Shown one piece after another: positions 53,582-63,160 of a stretch of DNA of 64,000 bases (its first letter is position 1; each line of letters begins with the position of its first letter). A program made the position numbers and the translations under genes. Location of the stretch: contig JAGCFN010000019.1 in assembly GCA_017650085.1 (NCBI GenBank), positions 3,879 to 67,878 of the forward strand, given 5' to 3'. Origin of the DNA: Bacteroidaceae bacterium. GTDB taxonomy: Bacteria; Bacteroidota; Bacteroidia; Bacteroidales; Bacteroidaceae. Under the pieces are notes generated by a model. It saw nothing but the letters and a program-made list of their open reading frames with translations, was not told the origin of the DNA and searched no databases.

Positions 53582-55738
53582 ATGAAGACTTACAAAACTA
53601 ATGAGATTAAGAACATTGCCCTTCTGGGTAATGATGGAGCCGGCAAGACGACCTTGACTGAAGCCATGCTCTACGAGGCAGGAATCATCAAGCGTCGCGG
53701 CAGAGTCAGTCAGCACACAACCGTCAGCGACTATTTCCCCGTAGAGCACGAATACGGCTATTCTGTCTTCTCCACTGTTTGCCATGTAGAATGGAACGGT
53801 AAGAAGATTAACTTCATCGACTGCCCAGGCAGTGATGACTTCGCAGGCGCTGCCATTACGGCCCTGAACGTCACCGACACCGCAATCCTCCTGCTCAAGG
53901 GAGCTGCAGGCGTCGAGGTAGGCACACAAAACCACTTCCGCTACACAGACAAGCTCGGCAAGCCCGTCATCTTCCTCGTCAACCAACTCGACGACGAGAA
54001 CTGCGACTTCGACCAGCTCTTGGAACAACTGACAAGCATCTACGGCCCGAAGGTTGTGCCCATTCAGTACCCCATCGAATGTGGTCCAAACTTCAACTCC
54101 CTCATCGACGTTCTGCTCATGAAGAAATATTCATGGGGCCCCGATGGCGGCGAACCAAAGATTGAAGAAATTCCTGCCGACCAGATGGACAAGGCAATGG
54201 AAATGCACAAGGCACTCATCGAAGCAGCTGCCGAACACGACGAAACCCTCATGGAAAAGTTCTTCGAAAGCGAAGACCTCACCGAGGACGAGATGCGCGA
54301 AGGCATCCGCAAAGGCCTCGCCAGTCGTGGCATGTTCCCCGTCTTCTGCGTTGACGCAGTTAAGGACATGGGTGTTCGCCGTCTCATGGAGTTCCTCGGC
54401 AACGTCGTTCCTTTCGTCGACGAAATGCCTAAGGTTGCCAACAGCAAGGGTCAGGAGATTGCCCTCGATGCAACTGGTCCCACAAGCCTCTTCTTCTTCA
54501 AGACTGCCGTCGAGCCACACATCGGCGAAGTACAGTACTTCAAGGTGATGAGCGGCACAGTCAAGGAAGGCGATGACCTGACAAACGCCGACCGTGGCAG
54601 TAAGGAGCGTATCGCTCAGATGTTCGTCTGCGCTGGTGCAAACCGCATCAAGGTAGAAGAACTCGCAGCTGGCGATATCGGTTGCAGCGTGAAGCTCAAG
54701 GACGTCAAGACTGGCAACACGCTCAACGGCAAGGATTGCGACAACAGCTTCAACTTCATCAAATATCCTAACGCCAAGTACTCTCGTGCCATTCGCGCCG
54801 TCAATGAGAGCGAGACCGAGAAAATGATGAACGCCCTCCAGCGCATGCGTGAGGAAGACCCAACGTGGCAAATCGAGCAGAGCAAGGAGCTTCGCCAGAT
54901 TCTGGTTCACGGACAGGGCGAGTTCCACCTCCGTACCCTCAAATGGCGCATGGAAAACAACGAGAAGATTCAGATTGTCTTCGACGAGCCGAAGATTCCG
55001 TATCGCGAGACCATCACAAAGGCTGCACGTGCCGACTATCGCCACAAGAAACAATCCGGTGGTGCAGGTCAGTTCGGCGAAGTGCATCTCATTGTTGAGC
55101 CATACGTGGAAGGCACTCCCACTCAGGAAGTCTATCGCTTCGGTAATCAGGAATTCCGCATCAACGCAAAGAGCGAGGAAACCATCGACCTGGAATGGGG
55201 TGGCAAGCTCGTCTTCATCAACAGTGTCGTTGGTGGTGCCATCGATGCACGCTTCATGCCCGCCATTCTGAAAGGCGTAATGCAGCGCATGGAACAAGGT
55301 CCTCTGACGGGCTGCTATGCTCGCGATGTTCGCGTCATCGTATACGACGGCAAGATGCACCCCGTTGACTCCAACGAGCTTTCATTCATGCTCGCAGGCC
55401 GTCAAGCCTTCGCTCAGGCCTTTAAGGAGGCAGGTCCAAAGATTCTGGAGCCAATCTACGACGTAGAGGTTCTCGTTCCCAGCGACAAGATGGGCGACGT
55501 GATGAGTGACCTGCAAGGACGCCGTGCCATGATAATGGGCATGAGCAGCGAAAGCGGTTATGAAAAGCTGACTGCAAAAGCTCCCCTGAAGGAGATGGCA
55601 AGCTACAGTACCGCTCTGAGCAGCTTGACAGGTGGTCGTGCAAGCTTCAACACGAAGTTCGCAAGCTACGAACTTGTTCCTGCTGACGTTCAGCAGAAAC
55701 TCGTGGCAGAGTACCAAGCAACGCTTAAGGAAGATTAA
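53582..55738 (+). CDS. elongation factor G paralog (EF-G2-like; switch II histidine replaced)
   Basis: P-loop GNDGAGKTT. The G3 motif reads DCPGSDDF instead of the canonical DTPGHVDF. Five-domain EF-G length (718 aa). Confidence 0.9.
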   Translation: MKTYKTNEIKNIALLGNDGAGKTTLTEAMLYEAGIIKRRGRVSQHTTVSDYFPVEHEYGYSVFSTVCHVEWNGKKINFIDCPGSDDFAGAAITALNVTDTAILLLKGAAGVEVGTQNHFRYTDKLGKPVIFLVNQLDDENCDFDQLLEQLTSIYGPKVVPIQYPIECGPNFNSLIDVLLMKKYSWGPDGGEPKIEEIPADQMDKAMEMHKALIEAAAEHDETLMEKFFESEDLTEDEMREGIRKGLASRGMFPVFCVDAVKDMGVRRLMEFLGNVVPFVDEMPKVANSKGQEIALDATGPTSLFFFKTAVEPHIGEVQYFKVMSGTVKEGDDLTNADRGSKERIAQMFVCAGANRIKVEELAAGDIGCSVKLKDVKTGNTLNGKDCDNSFNFIKYPNAKYSRAIRAVNESETEKMMNALQRMREEDPTWQIEQSKELRQILVHGQGEFHLRTLKWRMENNEKIQIVFDEPKIPYRETITKAARADYRHKKQSGGAGQFGEVHLIVEPYVEGTPTQEVYRFGNQEFRINAKSEETIDLEWGGKLVFINSVVGGAIDARFMPAILKGVMQRMEQGPLTGCYARDVRVIVYDGKMHPVDSNELSFMLAGRQAFAQAFKEAGPKILEPIYDVEVLVPSDKMGDVMSDLQGRRAMIMGMSSESGYEKLTAKAPLKEMASYSTALSSLTGGRASFNTKFASYELVPADVQQKLVAEYQATLKED

Positions 55739-55798
55739 GACAAGGCTTAGTTTACAAAAAGACAACTTAACAGAGCCTAATCTCTTAAATAAGTTAAA

Positions 55799-55830
55799 CG
55801 TCAGTACAAAAGTGCTGGCGTTTTTCTTTT
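55799..55830 (+). terminator. rho-independent terminator of the EF-G paralog gene
   Basis: Stem cgtcagtac / gtgctggcg (two G-U pairs) followed by tttttctttt. Confidence 0.7.
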
Positions 55831-55849
55831 ACTGTTTAACATTTATTAT

Positions 55850-55857
55850 TACCTTTG
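55850..55857 (+). promoter_or_regulatory. -7 box TACCTTTG for the HK/RR operon (near-leaderless)
   Basis: TAnnTTTG match ends 4 nt before the ATG at 55862. Confidence 0.5.
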
Positions 55858-55861
55858 CAAT

Positions 55862-57364
55862 ATGAAAAGGAGTTACATCTGGTTTATTTGCCTTGTCGTC
55901 TGCATAGCATTCGTCTCGCTGCTCTACTTGCAAGGACGCTATGCCAAGGAAATGATTAGGATGCGCCAAGAACAGTTCAGCGAGAACGTTCTTCGCAGTC
56001 TTGACCAGGCTTCGCGCGAACTGGAGAAAGCCGAGACCTTCCGATACTTGCAGAAAGTGCTCAATGAGCACGAAACAGAGAACGAAAGGATGATTCTTCC
56101 GGACAGTTTCCGCATGTCTGACTACACGCTGCCGCTCGACACGCTTTCACCCAGTTCCGGCAACATGTCGCTTGGTTCACTAACGATGAACAGGTACAAC
56201 AAGGTGGCAGAAACTATCAGCAATCTGCAGAAACATGCTCGCGAAGCCTACCTCTACGAACAGGGAGTGCTCGACGAAGTCATACTTGCCGTCTTGTATA
56301 CTGCCAGCGAACAAAGGCTTCAAGACCGCCTCAACCCTGCCATTCTAGACGGTTACCTTCGCAATTCTCTGCAAGCCAACGGTATAACCCTACCCTTCCA
56401 CTTCATCGTTTACACCAGTGATGGACGCGAAGTGTATCGATGCGAAGACTATACAGAAGAGGGTAAAGACCCAAGCTATCAGCAAACGCTCTTTCGAAGT
56501 GACCCGACAGGACAGATGGGTACCGTCGTCATACACTTCCCGGACCAAAAGCAGTTCATCCGAGGCGTGGCAAGCTATGTGGCACCGGCAATGGGATTTA
56601 CCATTATCCTGCTCATCACGTCGCTCCTCACCATCTATCTCGTAGTTCGACAGAAACGAATTAGCGAGATGAAGAATGACTTCGTGCACAACATGACGCA
56701 CGAGTTCAAGACACCCATCTCCACCATCTCCATCGCTGCGCAGATGCTTGCGGACAAGAGTGTGAACAAGAGCGAAGCGACATACGAACGACTGGGAAAT
56801 GTCATAGACGGAGAGACACGACGCCTTCGCTATCAGGTTGAAAAGGTCTTGCAGATGAGTCTCTTCGACAACAACAACATTGCCCTCAAGATGCAAGAGC
56901 TCGATGCCAACGAGATAACCGAGAACGTGGTAGACACCTTCTCGCTCAAAGTATCGCAAATCGGAGGCACGCTCGACATGAGACTGGAGGCTTACAATCC
57001 CTTCATCAATGCCGACGAAATGCATTTCACTAACATTATATTCAATCTGTTGGACAACGCCTTCAAGTACAGACGCGAAGATGAGCCGCTTAGCATCGAG
57101 GTTCACACTTTCAACCAGGGCGAGACGCACTTCTGCATCAGTATTGCAGATAATGGAATCGGCATACAGAAGGACAACCTGAAGCGCATATTTGACAAGT
57201 TCTATCGCGTTCACACTGGCGACCAACACAACGTCAAGGGCTTCGGCCTCGGTCTTGCCTACGTCCAGAAAATGGTCGAACTGCATCATGGAACTATCAA
57301 GGCAAGCAGCGACCCTGGCAAAGGAACCAAGTTTACTATAACCATCCCTCTTTCAAAAGATTAA
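55862..57364 (+). CDS. sensor histidine kinase
   Basis: Two TM segments, H-box HNMTHEFKTPIS, N/G boxes LLDNAFKY, DNGIGI, GFGLGLAYV. Confidence 0.9.
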   Translation: MKRSYIWFICLVVCIAFVSLLYLQGRYAKEMIRMRQEQFSENVLRSLDQASRELEKAETFRYLQKVLNEHETENERMILPDSFRMSDYTLPLDTLSPSSGNMSLGSLTMNRYNKVAETISNLQKHAREAYLYEQGVLDEVILAVLYTASEQRLQDRLNPAILDGYLRNSLQANGITLPFHFIVYTSDGREVYRCEDYTEEGKDPSYQQTLFRSDPTGQMGTVVIHFPDQKQFIRGVASYVAPAMGFTIILLITSLLTIYLVVRQKRISEMKNDFVHNMTHEFKTPISTISIAAQMLADKSVNKSEATYERLGNVIDGETRRLRYQVEKVLQMSLFDNNNIALKMQELDANEITENVVDTFSLKVSQIGGTLDMRLEAYNPFINADEMHFTNIIFNLLDNAFKYRREDEPLSIEVHTFNQGETHFCISIADNGIGIQKDNLKRIFDKFYRVHTGDQHNVKGFGLGLAYVQKMVELHHGTIKASSDPGKGTKFTITIPLSKD

Positions 57365-57395
57365 ACACAATTATTAACTCTTAACTGATAAAACT

Positions 57396-58100
57396 ATGGA
57401 ACAGAAACTTCACATTCTGCTTTGCGAGGACGAAGAGAGCCTCGGAATGCTCGTTCGGGAATATCTCGAAGCAAAAGGTTACGATGCAGAACTTTTCCTC
57501 GATGGTGAAGCGGGATATCGCGCCTTCATGAAAAGGAAGTACGATATGTGTCTGCTCGACGTGATGATGCCTAAGATGGACGGCTTCGCTCTGGCAAAAG
57601 AGATACGACTCGTCAATACAGAAGTGCCCATTATCTTCCTGACAGCCAAGAACTTGAAGGAGGACATCCTGGAAGGCTTCAAGCTTGGAGCTGACGACTA
57701 CCTCACCAAACCGTTCTCGATGGATGAACTCGTCTATCGCATGGAAGCTATCCTGAGACGCGTGAAAAGCAAGGAACAGAAGAACATCACTCGCTTCCAA
57801 CTCGGAAAGTTCATTTTCGACACACAACGCCAAGTGCTCATCCTCGGTGACGAGCAAACCAAACTCACCACAAAGGAAAGCGAATTGCTCACCATGCTTT
57901 GTGTTCACGGGAACGATGTCCTTGAGCGCGACCTCGCACTCAAGACGATCTGGATGGACGACAACTACTTCAACGCACGTAGCATGGACGTTTACATCAC
58001 CAAACTCCGCAAGCTCCTCAAGGGCGATCCGGACATTGAGATCAACAACGTTCACGGCCGAGGCTATCGCCTTATCGTGCCAAACATGCTGAAAGACTAA
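57396..58100 (+). CDS. OmpR-family response regulator
   Basis: Receiver Asp context LLDVMMPKMDG; winged-helix C-terminus ..VHGRGYRL. Confidence 0.9.
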   Translation: MEQKLHILLCEDEESLGMLVREYLEAKGYDAELFLDGEAGYRAFMKRKYDMCLLDVMMPKMDGFALAKEIRLVNTEVPIIFLTAKNLKEDILEGFKLGADDYLTKPFSMDELVYRMEAILRRVKSKEQKNITRFQLGKFIFDTQRQVLILGDEQTKLTTKESELLTMLCVHGNDVLERDLALKTIWMDDNYFNARSMDVYITKLRKLLKGDPDIEINNVHGRGYRLIVPNMLKD

Positions 58101-58109
58101 GGGACGACT

Positions 58110-58186
58110 CCAAACGCAACACGCCTAGATTGCAAACATAACGTGCCACGTTGGCAAACTTCAAACGTGTCGTTGGCAATCGTCAC
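58110..58186. repeat. 22-bp tandem array I (about 3.5 degenerate units)
   Basis: Units: gcctagattgcaaacataac / gtgccacgttggcaaacttcaaac / gtgtcgttggcaatcgtcac. The array starts 10 nt after the response-regulator stop. Confidence 0.8.
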
Positions 58187-58215
58187 TGCAGTTGTTGAAA
58201 ACTGAAACAAACAGC

Positions 58216-58257
58216 ACCGCCTCGAAAGGTATTTCTTCCGAGGCGGTTATTTATTTT
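58216..58257 (+). terminator. terminator between the convergent RR and OMP genes
   Basis: 9-bp stem accgcctcg / cgaggcggt followed by tatttatttt. Confidence 0.75.
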
Positions 58258-58273
58258 GCTAAGACGGAATAGC

Positions 58274-59185
58274 CTACAGAATGTAGCCGACGGTAATCAT
58301 GAAGTTGTTTGCCGTAGAAACCTTCTCGTCGCAGTTTGTGCCGATGTTTGGCAAGTTGCCACCCTCAGGTGTGCTCTTCGAGGTCAGTTCCGGAGAACTC
58401 TTATGACCTGCAAACTTTGTAAGGTCGCGCATATAGGCAATGCCGAAGGTGTACTTCTTGTAGTAGGCATTCACACCAAGTTGAACGCCGGGCTGCAGGA
58501 GTTTGCCAACATGCAGCTTCCTGTCGAAAGCTCTCATATAGGGGCTGCTCTCGCCGTATTCCTCCAAACCTTCGCCCTTGTCGGTATCCATCAGGGATGC
58601 AGTATAGACTTTCTTCGTGTCGGTACCAGGAACGAGGGCAGCCGAACCGTCAGGCAAATAAGCTCTTGCAGTACGCTTTGCCATTACGTTAAAGCGGAAA
58701 TAGAGGCCTGCGAAAGGTGCCAAAGTGAGGTCTTCCACGCCAAAAGCATCCTTGAACTGTTTGTTGATGCTGACAGGAATCGTAACTGTGAAGGCCTTTA
58801 CCTTATAACGATAGTATTCGTCTTGATGCACATTCCAACGTTTGTCCTTGCTCTTACCTGCATGAACTGCGAGGTTAGCACCAAGTTCCAAGAAAAGACC
58901 GCGGTCCTTGTCGATGCGCAAGTCGCCCATCCACCCCATACTGAATCCGCTAAGGAAATAGTTGTTGTAGTCTGGAGAAACCCCAAAATTCGTGTACTTC
59001 ACGCCGGTACCCATGTAACCTAACTGGACACGATGGAAGAACTTCACATCGCTTGGAGTAGTAGGAACAGCGACCTCAGTAGCTTCTTCTTCCACATCGC
59101 CCAGCGTTTCATCTTCATCCTGGGCAAAAGCATTGAGACTTACACTCAGCAACAAAGCTGCAGGCAGTATTTTCATCAAATTCAT
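58274..59185 (-). CDS. outer-membrane beta-barrel (porin-family) protein
   Basis: Signal peptide MNLMKILPAALLLSVSLNAFAQ, alternating strands, C-terminal ..ITVGYIL. A TATATTTG box lies 36 nt upstream. Confidence 0.75.
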   Translation of the reverse strand: MNLMKILPAALLLSVSLNAFAQDEDETLGDVEEEATEVAVPTTPSDVKFFHRVQLGYMGTGVKYTNFGVSPDYNNYFLSGFSMGWMGDLRIDKDRGLFLELGANLAVHAGKSKDKRWNVHQDEYYRYKVKAFTVTIPVSINKQFKDAFGVEDLTLAPFAGLYFRFNVMAKRTARAYLPDGSAALVPGTDTKKVYTASLMDTDKGEGLEEYGESSPYMRAFDRKLHVGKLLQPGVQLGVNAYYKKYTFGIAYMRDLTKFAGHKSSPELTSKSTPEGGNLPNIGTNCDEKVSTANNFMITVGYIL

Positions 59186-59220
59186 AGTGTATATGTATTA
59201 GTTTTCGTTAATTCTTCATG

Positions 59221-59228
59221 CAAATATA
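59221..59228 (-). promoter_or_regulatory. -7 box TATATTTG for OMP gene 58274..59185
   Basis: TAnnTTTG match 36 nt upstream of the ATG. Confidence 0.55.
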
Positions 59229-59302
59229 TTCATTATTATTATAAGTTCCAAACAATTTTTGCATTAAATTAACATTACGGCGTAAAATTTGCCTTTTAGG
59301 CG

Positions 59303-60946
59303 TTATTCTGCACGTTTCATCTCGATAACCTGCGAGCAATATTCGATAACTGCAGGCCGATGAGTGACGCAAATAATGGTCTGTCCAACATCACGGCTAC
59401 TGAGATTCTTCAAGAGCTGCTGTTCGGTATGCATATCAAGGGCACTCGTCGCCTCGTCAAGCAGCAAAACAGACCCTTTTCGAAGCAAAGCTCGAGCAAT
59501 CGCTATACGCTGTGCCTGCCCTTCGCTAAGCCCTGCACCAAGCTCTCCGCAAATGGCGTCAAGTCCATCAGGACGGTCCATCACGAAACCTGCGCAAGCT
59601 GTTTCGAGGGCTTCACGCATATCCTCTTCCGTAGCATCAGGATTGCCGAGCAGAAGATTGTCGCGAATGGTACCGCTGAAAAGAGTATTCCCTTGCGGCA
59701 CATAAACCAGATTGTTGCGGGTTCGAGGCGAAACATTTACCGTTTGATTCTCGTCGTACATCACAACACTACCATCCGTCGGCTTCAGCAAAGCGAGAAT
59801 CAGACGGATCAAAGTCGTCTTTCCAGCTCCCGTCTCACCCAAGATAGCCGTAGTCGAACCCTTGGGGAAGTCGCAAGAGAACTTGGAGAGAATGAGGCGA
59901 CCGCTTTCTCTGTATTGGAAGTTGACGTCGGAAAAACGCACACCAGCACCATTGCGAAAAGTGATAGGATTGGAATCGTCCTCCAAAGGCATATCCTCGA
60001 GTTCGATGAGACGTTCGCTTGCCGTCAGAGTGCTAATCATAATCGGAATGAAACGCGTCATACTACGAAACGGACCTTGTATCTGTCCCACCAATTGGAT
60101 GAAGGAAATCATCATACCATAAGTGATGGTTCCTGCCTGAAGGCTGCTGACGCCCCAAAGGAAGGTGACGAGATAACCCGTACCAAACCCGATACTGAGC
60201 AAAGTTGAGGAAAAGCTGCTGAACACAGTACGATGGCGAACATGTCCGCGAAGCACGCTTTGTGTCTGTTCCAACTTATCAATCATCGTGCCTACGCGCT
60301 CCAATGTCTTGAGAATAGCACGATGTTGGATGCTCTCTTGGAGAATGCTCTGAATCTTACTATCCGTAGTACGGATGTCACGAGTAATGGCTCGCATCTT
60401 GCGCACATACACCTTGCTCAAGACAAGGAAACATGGCACTATGCAAACAATCAGGCAAGCCAAACGCGCGTCCATGCTGAATAGGTAGAAGAAAGCACCC
60501 ACAAGACGAAAAGACACCTCGAGGAAAGAAGGGAATGTCTCTGTGATACAAGACGTTATGTCGCGGACATCTCGTTCCAATCGGTTCAGGGTGTCACCAC
60601 TATGACGGTCCTCCTGTCCGTTCCACTCACTTTGAAGAAGATGAGCAAACAGCCTTTGCTGAAAGATATTCTGCGAACGAACACCAAGCAAAGCACCAAT
60701 CCACTTGCTGGTAAAACCAAGCAAAATCTTGCTGACCATAATGGCGACAAGAGCATATGCAGCCATGCGAAGGCTACCTTCTGCTCGGTTTGTGGCAATA
60801 TCTATTGTCCACTTTGTGGCATAGATAAAGGCGAAGTCAAGGACAACAGACAGGATGCCAATAAGCGCATTGAGCACCGCTTGCAGCCGTAGCCCTCGAG
60901 AGGAGCGCCAGAACCAAATGGCAAGTTCGCGAATGGTTTTCGTCAT
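59303..60946 (-). CDS. ABC transporter permease/ATP-binding fusion (MsbA-like exporter)
   Basis: N-terminal 6-TM domain; Walker A GETGAGKTT, signature LSEGQAQR, Walker B LLLDEATS. Confidence 0.9.
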   Translation of the reverse strand: MTKTIRELAIWFWRSSRGLRLQAVLNALIGILSVVLDFAFIYATKWTIDIATNRAEGSLRMAAYALVAIMVSKILLGFTSKWIGALLGVRSQNIFQQRLFAHLLQSEWNGQEDRHSGDTLNRLERDVRDITSCITETFPSFLEVSFRLVGAFFYLFSMDARLACLIVCIVPCFLVLSKVYVRKMRAITRDIRTTDSKIQSILQESIQHRAILKTLERVGTMIDKLEQTQSVLRGHVRHRTVFSSFSSTLLSIGFGTGYLVTFLWGVSSLQAGTITYGMMISFIQLVGQIQGPFRSMTRFIPIMISTLTASERLIELEDMPLEDDSNPITFRNGAGVRFSDVNFQYRESGRLILSKFSCDFPKGSTTAILGETGAGKTTLIRLILALLKPTDGSVVMYDENQTVNVSPRTRNNLVYVPQGNTLFSGTIRDNLLLGNPDATEEDMREALETACAGFVMDRPDGLDAICGELGAGLSEGQAQRIAIARALLRKGSVLLLDEATSALDMHTEQQLLKNLSSRDVGQTIICVTHRPAVIEYCSQVIEMKRAE

Positions 60947-60952
60947 ACGTTA

Positions 60953-61849
60953 TCAGTCTGTAATATTTTGGCGAGTGTCGCTTCCCCAAAGCAGCTTACT
61001 GCGCAAAGTGTGCAGGAAGGTTGTCTCTGGACGTTTCAAGACAATAACTTGGTAAGGAGCTTTCCGGATAGTGAGCTTTGTCGTATCTTGACAAGATTCA
61101 CTACGTCCGTCGATAGCAACAAGGAAGTTGTGGCTACGACTCTCCACGGTAAGCGTCACTTCGAGATTATCGGGCAAACTCAAAGGCCGAACTGTAAGAC
61201 CATGCGGAGCTACTGGAACAAGGCCGATACTCTGACTTCCAGGCAACATGACAGGACCTCCCACACTAAGTGCATAACCCGTACTTCCTGTCGGAGTATT
61301 AACAATCAGGCCGTCGGCTTGATAAGTCGTAAGGTATTCTCCGTCAAGGTCCACACGTATGCATATCATGCTACTGTTGTCGCGTTTGAGTACCGCCACC
61401 TCGTTAAGGGCAAAAGGATAACCTTTCATTTGACCTTCAGAACATTCCACTTGAAGCACATTGCATTGCTCTGTCCGTAGCCGTCCGGCAAGGAAGTTCT
61501 CAAATGTCTGTGTAATATCGTTGAGCGAGAAGTCGGCAAGGAAGCCTAGACGGCCAGTATTGATGCCAAGAATGGGAATCTGCTTCTCTCCCACCCTCAT
61601 TGCTGTCGTCAGGAAAGTACCGTCTCCGCCCATACTGACGGCAATGTCAGCATCAAAAGTATCGTCAGTTATAAGCTGATGCTCCGGAATATTGGCATGC
61701 ATCTCATCTTTGAGATAATCAAAGAAAGATTTGTCAATAAGCGGAACAATACCCAAAGAAGACAATGCATCAAAGAGTTTCTGCACCGCTTCACACTTCT
61801 TGGGTTGGTAAGTGTTCCCGAAGATTGCGCATCTTTTTGCCTTTTCCAT
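60953..61849 (-). CDS. nadK: NAD kinase
   Basis: GGDGT motif (SMGGDGTFL); 298 aa. Confidence 0.9.
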   Translation of the reverse strand: MEKAKRCAIFGNTYQPKKCEAVQKLFDALSSLGIVPLIDKSFFDYLKDEMHANIPEHQLITDDTFDADIAVSMGGDGTFLTTAMRVGEKQIPILGINTGRLGFLADFSLNDITQTFENFLAGRLRTEQCNVLQVECSEGQMKGYPFALNEVAVLKRDNSSMICIRVDLDGEYLTTYQADGLIVNTPTGSTGYALSVGGPVMLPGSQSIGLVPVAPHGLTVRPLSLPDNLEVTLTVESRSHNFLVAIDGRSESCQDTTKLTIRKAPYQVIVLKRPETTFLHTLRSKLLWGSDTRQNITD

Positions 61850-61872
61850 AAAATAAATTCGCTTTAGGCTGG

Positions 61873-61900
61873 CAAAGTTAAGTATTTTTTCCTAACTTTG
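61873..61900. promoter_or_regulatory. back-to-back divergent -7 boxes (TAACTTTG on each strand) for nadK and the DJ-1 gene
   Basis: caaagtta-agtatttttcc-taactttg: two TAACTTTG boxes in inverted orientation, 12 nt apart. Confidence 0.55.
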
Positions 61901-61932
61901 CAACACAGTAACCACTAATAAATAATTAAGGT

Positions 61933-62490
61933 ATGATTTATGTCTTTTTAGCCACTGGTTTCGAGGATATAGAAGCCATCGCTCCAGTTGATATCATTCG
62001 TCGTGCCGGATTGGAGGTGCAGACGGTATCCATTACTGGCGAACGTATTGTAAGAAGTGCTCATGGCGTTGGTATTGAAGCCGACCTTTTGCTTTCCGAA
62101 GTTGACTTTTCAGAAGCAAAAATGCTTGTGCTGCCTGGCGGACTGCCTGGCTCAACCAATCTGGATGCATGCAAACCTTTGACGGATGCCATCAAGCGAC
62201 ACTATGAAGCAGGCGGTGCCATTGCTGCCATTTGTGCAGCCCCGCTGGTATTCGGTCATTTGGGATTGCTGCAAGGACAGCGAGCAACATGCTATCCAGG
62301 CGTAAACACAGAGTTGTGGGGAGCAGACTATTCCACTGCCTTCGTGGAATGCGACGGCAATATCATCACAGGAAAAGGTCCTGCAGCAGCATTCGAGTTC
62401 GGCTACACAATTGTTGATTTCTTCCTGGGCGAAGGCGCTTCCCTGCCCTTGCGTCAAGGCATGATTTATCAAGAACTGGTAGAAGGATGA
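61933..62490 (+). CDS. DJ-1/PfpI family protein
   Basis: Nucleophile-elbow Cys context [10 protein letters not shown]; 185 aa. Confidence 0.85.
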   Translation: MIYVFLATGFEDIEAIAPVDIIRRAGLEVQTVSITGERIVRSAHGVGIEADLLLSEVDFSEAKMLVLPGGLPGSTNLDACKPLTDAIKRHYEAGGAIAAICAAPLVFGHLGLLQGQRATCYPGVNTELWGADYSTAFVECDGNIITGKGPAAAFEFGYTIVDFFLGEGASLPLRQGMIYQELVEG

Positions 62491-63146
62491 AGACCTTTGC
62501 AATCATCGTAGCCGGTGGTAAAGGACTTCGAATGGGTGGAGACGTGCCGAAACAGTTTCTGCCTATCGGTGGGAAACCCGTGCTGATGCACACCATTGAG
62601 GCCTTCCGTGAAGCTCTCGACAATGTGCAGATTGTGCTCGTATTGCCTGCCGAACAGCACGACTACTGGCAAAAGCTCTGCAAAGACTACAGTTTCTGTT
62701 CGCCCGACTTGATTGCAACAGGTGGTGAGACGCGTTTCCATAGTGTCAAAAACGGCTTGGCTCTTTTGCCAGAAGATGATGAAGCGGTAGTTGGCGTGCA
62801 TGATGGTGTACGTCCGTTTGTGTCGAGGGATACCATACAACGTTGCTTTTCTGCAGCAAGCGAAGGGAAAGCGGTAGTGCCGGTAGTTCCTGTCGTAGAG
62901 ACATTACGCCAGATTCTTCCCGACGGCAGCAGTATCACAAGACCGCGCAACGAATACCGTCTTGTCCAGACACCACAGACCTTTCCTCTCACACTATTGA
63001 AGCAAGCATACGAACAGCCTTACTCCGAAACTTTCACAGATGATGCTTCGGTAGTCGAAGCAATGGGCAAGGAAATCACCATGGTTGAAGGCAATCGCGA
63101 GAACATTAAGTTGACAACTCCTGCCGACCTGAAGTTTCTGCCGTAG
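62487..63146 (+). CDS. ispD: 2-C-methyl-D-erythritol 4-phosphate cytidylyltransferase
   Basis: [11 protein letters not shown] motif; 219 aa; ATGA overlap with the upstream gene. Confidence 0.9.
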   Translation: MKTFAIIVAGGKGLRMGGDVPKQFLPIGGKPVLMHTIEAFREALDNVQIVLVLPAEQHDYWQKLCKDYSFCSPDLIATGGETRFHSVKNGLALLPEDDEAVVGVHDGVRPFVSRDTIQRCFSAASEGKAVVPVVPVVETLRQILPDGSSITRPRNEYRLVQTPQTFPLTLLKQAYEQPYSETFTDDASVVEAMGKEITMVEGNRENIKLTTPADLKFLP

Positions 63147-63160
63147 CGTTGAATGATATA

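Noticed and set aside
2014-58186. All nine arrays seemed co-oriented on the + strand, with an AAAAC..CACGT 'leader' at the left end, hinting at a replication-strand-specific polar element
   Set aside because: The unit is quasi-palindromic (archetype GTGAAGTTTGCAAACTTCAC). Array D reads equally well as GTGAAGTTTGCCAACGACACAC on the other strand. The distal half of array A is inverted relative to array E. Arrays C and E have leader-like AAAACG motifs at both ends. Orientation cannot be assigned reliably by eye, so the bias claim is withdrawn pending a proper strand-aware model.
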